Positions 11,379 through 20,495 of a stretch of DNA of 43,856 bases are shown here, in pieces. This stretch comes from an uncultured Gemmatimonadota bacterium (GTDB taxonomy: Bacteria; GCA-2686955): NCBI GenBank assembly GCA_964490075.1, contig CAZBBK010000046.1, positions 1 through 43,856 on the forward strand. The letters run 5' to 3'. Position 1 is the stretch's first letter; each line of letters begins with the position of its first letter. Below the pieces are notes generated by a model that saw only the letters and a list, made by a program, of their open reading frames with translations, had not been told where the DNA came from and ran no database searches. The position numbers and the translations under genes were made by a program.

Positions 11379-12545
11379 ATGGAGTCGATCGAGCTTTCGG
11401 AAGAGCAGGTGCTCTACTTCCGTGCCCGGCGCGGCCACCTGGCGGGACCCGGCGCGGCCGATGCCGCGGCGTCGGCGCGGGCGATCATCGGGGCGCAGGC
11501 GCAGCAGCTGGCGCCGGCCTTGCTGGCGCTCAGCCTGCGCACTCGGGGACGGCCGACGAGCGACGAGCTCGAGCAGCGGATCTTCGGCGCGTCGCGGAGC
11601 CTGGTGCGCACCTGGGGACAGCGCGACACGCTGCATCTCTACGACGCGCGGAGCGACTGGCGGGCGGTGGTGGCGGCGCGCGAGAGCTGGTCCCCCGGCG
11701 GGCGCGGGGGACCCTTGCCGCCCGAGGATGCGGTCGACCGGGCGTTGGCCGTGATGCACAAGGCGCCGGGGCCGATCACCAGAGCCGACCTGGTCGAGAT
11801 GGTTCCGGCCGGCTACGTCGAGGCGCTGCGGGAGCGGGCGGAGATGGCCGGAATGGACGCGCGGCGCCTGGCGGCGGCTCGGCTGCTCTGGCGGCTCTCG
11901 CAGCGCGGCGATGCCAGCATGGCGCAGAAGATCGGTGCCGAGCAGGCCTACGCGGCGCGCTCGGACTGGTTCTCCGATCTGCCCTGGGCGGCGGAGCGGG
12001 ACGGTGCGGTGCGGTCCGAGACGGCGCTGGCACGGCGCTACCTGGCGCTGCACGGACCGGCGACGGCGACCGACCTGGCCCATTTCTTTGGTGCTCGGGT
12101 GTCCAGTGCGCGAGACTGGCTGAGGGCGCTGGAGCCGGAGCTGGCTGGCGTGGTTTGCGGTGCCCGTCGCGGTCTGCTCGCGCTGGCGGCCGATCTCGAC
12201 GAGCTGCGGAGCGCCGCGCCGCGGGCGGAGCGCGATTGGCCCTTGCGCCTGCTACCCATGTGGGAGTCGATGCTGATGGCCCATGCCGACAAGAGCTGGA
12301 CGATGCCCGATGCGAGCGAGCGCAAGCAGGTCTGGGGCAAGGCCGCCCAGGTAGCCGCGGTGGCCCTGGCCCGGGGCCGGGTGGTGGCGACCTGGCGCAT
12401 GCGCCGGCGGGCCCGCCGCCTGAAGATCGAGCTGCGCCCGCTCGGCGCCTGGCGCCGCTCGAAGCACGGGGCGGCGTTGCGGCGGGAGGGGAAGGCGGTC
12501 GCCGCGCATCTCGGCTTGGAGGGGGTGGAGGTGGTGGGGGAGTGA
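11379..12545 (+). CDS. HTH_42 winged-helix protein, AlkZ-like DNA glycosylase
   Basis: GAQAQ (QxQ) motif, LVRTWGQRDTLHL, RRYLALHGPATATDLAHFFG, RLLP, GRVVATWR. Confidence 0.82.
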   Translation: MESIELSEEQVLYFRARRGHLAGPGAADAAASARAIIGAQAQQLAPALLALSLRTRGRPTSDELEQRIFGASRSLVRTWGQRDTLHLYDARSDWRAVVAARESWSPGGRGGPLPPEDAVDRALAVMHKAPGPITRADLVEMVPAGYVEALRERAEMAGMDARRLAAARLLWRLSQRGDASMAQKIGAEQAYAARSDWFSDLPWAAERDGAVRSETALARRYLALHGPATATDLAHFFGARVSSARDWLRALEPELAGVVCGARRGLLALAADLDELRSAAPRAERDWPLRLLPMWESMLMAHADKSWTMPDASERKQVWGKAAQVAAVALARGRVVATWRMRRRARRLKIELRPLGAWRRSKHGAALRREGKAVAAHLGLEGVEVVGE

Positions 12546-12675
12546 GACAGTACCGGAGGCACGACCTCATGCCGATCAACCGGAAGCCGGACGACTCACT
12601 TGACATCCCTGTCGACAATCTGTCACGCTAGGGCGATCTGAGAGAAACAGCTTGCGACCACCCAGGGAGGGACTC

Positions 12676-15600
12676 ATGATCGCTCGTCGCTCGTCGCGCT
12701 CTCTGGCGCATTCCTGAGCGTCTGCTGCGCTCCTGGTGAAGCGCACGGAGCCGTCAACCTCTTGGAGGACGGCCACCTGAACTGGCTGTTCGATCCTGGG
12801 GATGCGCCCCCTCCGGTCCCGTTGTGGTGGACAGCCGATTATCATGGCGGGGGCTTCCACTACGAACCTGTCACCGACAGCGACATCGGGCGGCCGGCGC
12901 TCAGAGATCCATCTCGCGGACGTGAGGACTTGGGGAACCCCTCGCCCTGCATCCGTTTCACGCGCGAGTCGCCCACTTCTGACGGCCTCCTGACCAAGTT
13001 CGTTGTGTATCGCAGAGATCCGGTCACCAACCCCGCTCTGAGTCCCCCAAACACGCCCCCTCCGCTTGATCAGTGGGAGCCGAGCTCGGTCGATTTCGGG
13101 TTCTGGGCCAAGCTCTATGTGCCCGGCGGGGGACCACCGTCCGCGCCCGCCACGATGCGCGTCGACTTGGTGTCGATGGTCGCCAACGATGAACTCGGCT
13201 CGGTGATCGGAGAGCCGCTCTCCTACGACATTGCCATCAGCTCGGAGGTCGAGTGGGAGTGGTTCGAGATCCCCACCGTCGGGGTATCGGAGCCGATCTT
13301 CACGGTCGATATCAGGCTTGGGCTAATCTCGAAGCCAACCGATGTCGAGGTGCTGGTCGACGACCTCTCGTTGACCGACGAGTTGGAGTGGCTGCCCTGC
13401 GATCCCGAGACCACGGATGAGGCGATTCGTGCTGCCCTTCCCATGCGGATCGCACGCGACGGTTGGCTCGAGATCGCCAATACTCCCGTCATGCCCACTG
13501 CGGTCTTCGATTCTCCGTCCGGCAAGGTCAGTCCCTGTGAGCAGCTGAGGCGTTTCTACCTGCTCGGTCCCCACTACAACGCCGAGCCCCTGCTCCCCTG
13601 CGAGGATCTCGGCGAAGGAGAGGTGGTCGAGGCGATCGACGGACGGGGTTTCGATGCCGTCGTGATTCGGCCGGACAACAAGCGCGTGTACCACACCAAG
13701 CGCTCCCTGCTGGTGGCGTTGAAGAGCGCCCAGTGTACCGGTATGCGTGGGATCCCGTACGTGCCTCTGTATCCCTTCCATGGACAACAGAACCAGAAGT
13801 TCCCCCTTATGGCCCAGCAAATCCAGGAGTGGGCCGCTTTTTTCGAGCTCCACCCCGCTCTCGGCGGCTGGGTCGTCTCGGACGAGATGAGCACTGGCGA
13901 CGTGCACAGCAAGGCGGACAGCCATCCGGTTCGAAAGTGGATTCACGATGCCGAACGTGCGGAACCGCCGGTCCGTTGGCATCCGGTGATCGCCAACATC
14001 AACGGCGATGTCTCTCGGGGACCCGCGGCGTGGGACCTGGAAGACGCGTGCTTGCTGCTGCACGGCTTCGAAGAGCCGCCGGATCCTTCCACCAGTAGAA
14101 TCGATAATCTTCGCCTTTTACACTGCATCAACGACCAGGTACACATCGGAGACATTCTCGCGCCGAACACCTATCCGCTTCATACCTGTGACCAGAACCT
14201 CATCGACTACCCGCGTTTCGATGTGGCGACGGTTACGGCGGGCGTGCGAACGGCGATCCGCTACTGCGAGGGCGATCCGTCGAACTGCTGGCCAGGCCTG
14301 CCCGAGGGAGATGTCTGGGAGCCGAAGATGGTCGCTCCCTACATCCAGATCTTCCCGTGGAATCTGAAAGACCGCAAGATGCCCAACGCCGAGGATGTTC
14401 TATCGATGGCCGGTCAGGCGGTGGCCCTGGGAGCGAAGGCGGTGTTCTTCTGGCGTACCGGCGACGCGGATGGGCACGAGCTGCCTCAGTCGGGCCGACC
14501 GTATGACCTGCTCGATCCGGCGGCTCGAGCCGACTGGGATGCAGAGCAGACCTGCCCGGCGCAGCAGGGGCAAGAGCCGATCGAGGGTCTTTGGCAGGCC
14601 CTTCCGGAGATCAACGAGGCGTTGCACGAGATGGCTGATCTTGCTCGCACCGATCGACCTCTGGGAACGAGACACATGCTCTTCGGCCCCGACGACGGGG
14701 ACGAGATCCGCGCTGGAGTGACCGACACCTACGTGCAGCAGCGGTCCGGGTGGGCCACACACGGCACCGACACATTGCTGGCCGTGGGCCAGCGGAACTA
14801 CACGGATGGCAAACTCCCCCACATCGCAACCAACCGTGCTTTGATCCGCATCGAGCCCTCGGCATTGCCCGACGTGCAGAGCACCGATTTGGAGCGGGCC
14901 TATCTGCGCCTGCTGGTGCAGAAGCAGTACTTCCGGGATGACGATGCGGGTGGCGAACCCTATCAGGAGAACTTCAATGCCCCGGGCCCGTTGCGAGTCG
15001 GGGCCTATCGAATACCGGAGAGGCCAGAGGCCTTCGATTGGGACGAATCCGCTCCGCCTTATGGAGATCCGCCGGCGTTGCCGGAGCTCGACTGGATTCA
15101 GTGGATGGGCCGCACGGAGAACAACAACCTGTACGCTCCCGGTTTCATCCCCTTGCGGCCAGCTTCTCGACGCTTACGAGGTGCCGATGCGCGCGGGCCT
15201 GGAATCGGAGATGGCGTTCAATCGACACCAGTCGATCGAGCTGGACATCACCGAAGCGATGCGTGAGTGGCTGGCCGCCAAAGGGAATCCCACCGCGCAT
15301 TTCAACAACGGCCTGATGCTCGCGCCCTTCCGCTACACCGCCGGGCACCGAAAGGGCGCGCTTCACCCCACGGCTGTGCTGAAGCAAACCGAGGGGTCCC
15401 ATCACGAGTGGTGGGACGGCTTCGAGATGGCGATCCATCTTTTCTCGTCGGACCGCGGCGATGGAGACGTGATTGAGCCCGGCGCCGTTCCCAACATCGT
15501 CTACTACACCGACACCGACGCGCTCTATCGCCGCCCCTTCGCCGTTCACGATGTCTCCACCGAGCAGTCGGTGGTGACCCGCGCCCTGGCGCCCGACATC

Positions 15601-15956
15601 GGAGGCGATGCCTACGTGCTCGCGGTGGAGGCCAATCTCGATCCCTTCACCACTTGCGATACCTGGTGGCTCGGCTCCCCCGCCACCGACATCGATACGC
15701 CGTCCCGGCGGCGGTCTACGACCCGGGAACGGGAGAGGAACTGGTTCTTGGCGGGATTCCGTGGGAGCCGTGGACCAAAGAGCTCACGACCCAGCGTGAC
15801 ATGCGCTACGGTGGATCCGACCGCGTCTGGGGCGGCGAAGAAGCCCTGGTCGGAGGGACGCCGGACAACGATCTGTTCTGCCGCTTGGCCTGGGAGCGAA
15901 TGCCCGGCGATTCACCGGTCGTCGTCTTTCGTATTCGCCGCTCGGCGCAGCAGTGA
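12676..15956 (+). pseudogene. Frameshifted large secreted protein with glycoside-hydrolase-like barrel and DNRLRE (CBM96-like) domain
   Basis: AGGGAGG RBS and ATG 12676 lie one base out of frame with a signal-peptide-like RSSLVALSGAFLSVCCAPGEAHG-AVNLLEDG that opens into ORF 12762. HPALGGWVVSDE is a GH-like motif. DTYVQQ...LAVG...RALIRI..SALP...AYLRL continues after a shift near 15150 with ELDITEAMREWL...NNGLML. A further shift at about 15650-15700 leads to TGA 15956. Confidence 0.65.
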
Positions 15957-15967
15957 GGAGAATCGTC

Positions 15968-17941
15968 ATGATCGCGAATCGCTCGATCAACCTGGTGGGT
16001 TTCGTGTTGGTGTCGGCATGGTTCGCTTCTTCACCCGCTCGTTGCGAGGATTGGGATGCGGGCGTCGTGCATGCTCGGACCACCGAGATCGGATACCGGC
16101 CGCCGTGGCCGGTTCGGGGATCGTTGGGTGGTACGGTCGGGGGCATCTACCGAGGGCAAGTCGCCGTATCCGGAAACCGTGTCTATAGTTTCGCGGGTGG
16201 TACCGGTCTCCATGGCTGGGAATGGAACGGCAAGAGGCACCACTACCTCGGAAACGGAGTCCGGCCCACCGGACTCGGCGAGAGGTTGGCGGTAGATGGC
16301 TCGATTCTGTTCACCAGGACCGATTCGAAGGAGACAGTCAGCGCCGCCGATGTGTCGGACGCGATGGATGCTCCGCCCCACTGGCGTTTCTTCGCCGACT
16401 CCGGTGTGGGGAGCACGCTGGCACCGATCGGCTCCAATCTGGCGCTCATCATGGATGGCAAGCTCGAGCTCCACGCTCCCGATCGGCCGACCGGAGCGTC
16501 TCGCCTCGGGAGCATCGAGCTCGCCGACTCGCCTGACGACATGCTCGCCGTCGGCCCCTTCATCGTCATGTGCAGCTCCACGACCGGGCTCGGAATCGTC
16601 GATGCACGCGATGCGCGGCGGCCCGCGCTGGTCGGGCACTACACCGAGTGGCCAGGGCGTCAACTGGCGCGGTCGGGGCGACGCCTGTACATGCTCGGCG
16701 CCGGCGGACACGACGCACTTCTCCACGTCTTCGGCCTCGACGATCAAGGCCGCCCGCATGAGCTGTCGGTGCTCTCCGTGGGTCCCACCGCCGGTTTCCT
16801 GAGCGCCTTCGGAAGCGTCGTCCACCTCCTGCACGGGGGAGGGTCGAATCTGTACGATGCCTCCGATCCGACCGATCTGCGTCTCGCAAGCCGTGTCGAA
16901 GATCTCCGCGCCGGCGTGATCGGTGCCTCCCGTCTCTATGCCCAGCGGCGGCGTTTTTCTGGTCTGCTTGCCTTTGATATCAGCGATCCGTACAGCCCTA
17001 CCGTCTTGGACACGCTCGTGGCGCCGCCGACTGGAGGCTACGGTCCCGGCCTGGCGGTCCAGGACGACCGGATCTATGCATTTGCCTACGAGGCGGTCGG
17101 CGTCTTCCCCGCACAAGGCGATGAGCGCCCCCCCCCGGCCTGGCTCGATCTTCCCGAAGGCCCGGTCCACAAGGACATCGCCACCGTGCCGGGCGCACTG
17201 GCCGTGCACTCGGCGCTCTGGTCCGATTCGTCGATGGTAGCGACCTACTCCTTGCCCGATCTGGAGCCGCTCGACGAGATCCGGGTGAAGGGGAAGGACC
17301 TTCTCGAGCGCTACTACCTGCTCTCCGACGGCCCCTGGCTGGCCTTCGAGGCGGGACGCTGGAGCGATCGGCGGATCGTCGTCGTCGATGCTTCCGATCC
17401 GGCGCACCTCGATCTGCGTACGATCGTGGAATGGCCTTTCCGTCCCAACGCCTACTCTCCGGCCCTGCGGGTTCATCTCGGAGTGCCGCACGTGATCTTC
17501 GCCGATACCACCGGACTGGTCGACATCGCCTGTCTGGAGGGCGGCGAGAACGAAATCGTTGCGACCTATGGCGAGGGCACCGGGTTCGATTATGTTGCTT
17601 ATCGCGATGGGCTGGTCGTGGCCGGCGACCGGGAAGTGTACGATCTGCACCTGATCGACTGGTCGGATCCCGCGTCCCCTTCTTCCGTCGATCGCATCGA
17701 GCAGGGGATCTACTACCTCGCGGACGCGATCCCGCTCGCCAATCAGCTCCTGGTGTCACGCGCCGACTACCAACTGCGTAGCTACCCCTTGGTGAACGGA
17801 GAGTTCTTGCCCCCGATCGACATGCCCTGCGTCTTCGGTTATCGCATGGATCTCACGGGCGGTGTATTGAGGCCGTACTACACGGGCACCGGCCTGGCGG
17901 AGTACGTCCCGGATCCCGAGCTGGCGCCGCCATTCGAATGA
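15968..17941 (+). CDS. Secreted LVIVD-repeat (beta-propeller-like) protein
   Basis: GAGGAG RBS before ATG 15968, a signal peptide, and repeats GLGIVDARDARRP, LYDASDPTDL, LLAFDISDPYSP, IVVVDASDPAHL, LHLIDWSDPASP. Confidence 0.75.
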   Translation: MIANRSINLVGFVLVSAWFASSPARCEDWDAGVVHARTTEIGYRPPWPVRGSLGGTVGGIYRGQVAVSGNRVYSFAGGTGLHGWEWNGKRHHYLGNGVRPTGLGERLAVDGSILFTRTDSKETVSAADVSDAMDAPPHWRFFADSGVGSTLAPIGSNLALIMDGKLELHAPDRPTGASRLGSIELADSPDDMLAVGPFIVMCSSTTGLGIVDARDARRPALVGHYTEWPGRQLARSGRRLYMLGAGGHDALLHVFGLDDQGRPHELSVLSVGPTAGFLSAFGSVVHLLHGGGSNLYDASDPTDLRLASRVEDLRAGVIGASRLYAQRRRFSGLLAFDISDPYSPTVLDTLVAPPTGGYGPGLAVQDDRIYAFAYEAVGVFPAQGDERPPPAWLDLPEGPVHKDIATVPGALAVHSALWSDSSMVATYSLPDLEPLDEIRVKGKDLLERYYLLSDGPWLAFEAGRWSDRRIVVVDASDPAHLDLRTIVEWPFRPNAYSPALRVHLGVPHVIFADTTGLVDIACLEGGENEIVATYGEGTGFDYVAYRDGLVVAGDREVYDLHLIDWSDPASPSSVDRIEQGIYYLADAIPLANQLLVSRADYQLRSYPLVNGEFLPPIDMPCVFGYRMDLTGGVLRPYYTGTGLAEYVPDPELAPPFE

Positions 17942-18310
17942 CGCGACGAGCGTGGCTCCGGAGCCGCGGCACGACTTCTCCGTGCCTTCGCTTGCCTGTG
18001 ATTCCTCCGCGCCGCTGCCTACCAGGAGCACTTGGCCGGGACCGAGCTGGGCATGGGGAACACTCGGCCGCCGGCCATCTCGCGGCGAACGCCGGCATGG
18101 CGCGAGGAAGGCGTCGGAAAACAGCGCGGCTGGCCCCTGGAATCGGCCGGCTTCGGAGCGTCGATACTCGATATTCGAGATATCACGATGGCTGGACAAG
18201 CGGGACCCAGGCGCGACATGCGGACCGATGCTCGACACGCGGAGAGGAAGACAATGGCGCTCGAGTTCCGCCTCGTGTCAGGACGAGCGTTCGAGACGAC
18301 AGAGACAATG

Positions 18311-18850
18311 CAGAGCCCCGGACATGGTCCAGAAAGTGTCGCGACAATGGAGCGATTTGCGTCGGCTCGAACACGAGTCGCAGACTGGTGTCGGGGTAGT
18401 AGACCTTCAGGTCGTTGAGCACGTGGCACAGCGCTGCCAGGGCGCGGTTGTCGCGGGGTGTAGCCATGCTGTGCAGGCGCAGGGTCAGCGTGGCCTGCTC
18501 GTGGCCTGGAAGTAGATCTGCCGGAAGCTCGAACACCTGTCGCATGGATTTGCGGGCCTCGTCGTCCCGAAAAGGAAGCAATCGCCCCACCAGGTTTGCG
18601 AGTTGCGTCTCGGCGCGATGGGCGACCATCTTGATGGTGTCGGTGATGATCTTGCGCTCGCGCTCGAGCCGAACCACCGGCTGGCCGTCCATTACCTCGC
18701 GGACTGGCACGCGGGCGGGCAGTGCCTTCAGATCGGCTTCGAGCCGTGTGCACTCCGAGCGGAGCTTCTTGATCTCTCGTCCCAGCTCTGCATGGGAGAT
18801 CTTGAAGCCTCGCACTGTGGGGCGTTTGCGCTCCGGGTGTAGCCGCCCCC
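18311..18850 (-). mobile_element. Transposase remnant (C-terminal part only)
   Basis: RPTVRGFKI...LERERKIITDTIKMVAHRAETQL...DEARK...LTLRLHSMATPRDNRAL...LN...YPDTSLRLVF matches, from memory, the C-terminus of a family of large putative transposases. The N-terminus is missing. Confidence 0.6.
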
Positions 18851-19177
18851 TCCCATCCGCCACCGCCGTCGCTCCTCTTGCCGCATAGCCCCGCTCTTGT
18901 GTAGATCCGTCGACGGGACAGTCCGGTGGTCGGGCTGAACAGACCAACCCACCGAAACCCCTACATGGTGGCAAACCTCGGAGGTTCCGGCGGGCCGGAG
19001 GTTCTCCATGATAGCGGCGACGGGCATTCGGACCAACGACTATTGGGAGGTGCACCGGAGGGCAGAGCAGTGGCCGGAGCTGGATTGCCCGGAGCGCTCG
19101 TGCGGTTGCGGCGCTGGCTCATGGCCCGGTTCGCCGTCTTCTTCGGCGGACCTCGCGGAGTCTGCCAAGAAGAACCG

Positions 19178-19497
19178 ATGATGAATGAGACACTGCGCGA
19201 GAAGACGGCCACGTCGGCCCCGGGGTCGAGGGAAGGTCGAGCGCTTCTTTGGGACGGTCCGATCGGCCTTCCTGCCTCACGTGACGCCGGACCATCGCAC
19301 GGATCTGGCGACACTGAATCGGGTGTGGTGGAGCTGGCTCAAGGCGGAGTACCACCAGACCTCGCGTCGCGGCATCGGCGGACAGACACCGCTGGATCGC
19401 TTCCTGGAGGACAACGCCCTGATCCGTCCCGCGCCGGACAACCTGGACGACATGATGCGCATGCAGGTGTCGCGCAAGGTCAACCGGGACCGGTGTG
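19178..19497 (+). mobile_element. Internally deleted rve/DDE (IS481/Mu-like) transposase remnant
   Basis: PRGRGKVERFFGTVR...LNRVWWSWL..EYHQT.RRGIGGQTPLDRF is the second half of an integrase core. A short out-of-frame start (MMNETLREKTA) precedes it. Confidence 0.7.
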
Positions 19498-19787
19498 ATC
19501 ACGCAGATCCGTGACGGGAGAGCGCGGGATGGGGGGGGCGGAATTGTGTGGGGCTCGACATTGCCGAAGGTCAAGCGCGGTCTCCAGCAACATGCTCCCA
19601 CCGCGTTTCGGCCCGGAGCAACGACGCGACGATGCGGAAGCACGACTCGCACTGTCGACGTCTGAGAGCGCCACGGTATCGAGTCGCCTCGGTTCGAGGT
19701 GGGGCCGGCGCACTCCAGATCGGCAGCGGGACGTAGACCGACCCCTTGCCTCAAGCGCCCCCCACGTCTCTATCCAAATCCTCCGGC

Positions 19788-20342
19788 TCAGTCGTCGCTG
19801 ACCAGCGCCGCCATTTTGGCCACGCGGTCGCGGCTCTTGTCGAGGAAGTCGGCTCCGAACTTCTCGTTGACGCGCTCGAACTCGACCATCAGGCGCGCGG
19901 TGTCGTCTTCGTCCAGGAGCTGGAAGGCCAGCGGGTAGAAGCGATGGTCTTCGCGGTTGATGTGTTGGCGCAGCATCGAAATGTAGCTGGCCAGGTGCTC
20001 CAGCAGGTCGTTTGTCGCTGCCTCTTGCCCGCTTTCGTAGCCTTCCTTGGCGTAGTCGATGGCGGCGACATGGTTGCGGCCGGTCTCGTGCTGGTTGCGC
20101 AGCGCCTCGATCGGCGCGTCGAACTGGCCGGCGTGCTTCTGAGCCAGCAGCGTGAACATCTGCAGCTCTTCTTTGAAGTGGTGATACTTGTCGACGAACT
20201 CGCGCGAGAAGAGGACCGCGTGCTGGAAGAAGGTCTTGGGGACCTTCTCGCCGTGCTCGATCTTGTCGAGGGCGCCGGCCAGGGTGTCGAGGAATCTGCG
20301 GATCAGACCGTGCTCGGTCGCCAGTGTGTCGATCGCTTTCAT
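19788..20342 (-). CDS. Hemerythrin/HHE cation-binding domain protein
   Basis: EH..IRR, HHFKEE, QHETGR and HINRED give the tandem HHE ligand pattern. The gene is divergent from the two-component system. Confidence 0.88.
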   Translation of the reverse strand: MKAIDTLATEHGLIRRFLDTLAGALDKIEHGEKVPKTFFQHAVLFSREFVDKYHHFKEELQMFTLLAQKHAGQFDAPIEALRNQHETGRNHVAAIDYAKEGYESGQEAATNDLLEHLASYISMLRQHINREDHRFYPLAFQLLDEDDTARLMVEFERVNEKFGADFLDKSRDRVAKMAALVSDD

Positions 20343-20495
20343 GGAAGGAGCCTCCGCGGGCGTCTTGATAGGGAGAGTGGTTCGGTCCGCTTGCCATCTC
20401 GCGCCAGCGGTCGCCTCGCAGTCCGCGCCGATTAGACTTCGATTGCGACTTTTACACTACACTGGGGCGGTGGTCGATGTCGATTGCTGCCCGCC

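Noticed and set aside
19545-19600. CVGLDIAEG as an IS110 transposase N-terminus
   Set aside because: Too short, with no further DEDD motifs downstream.
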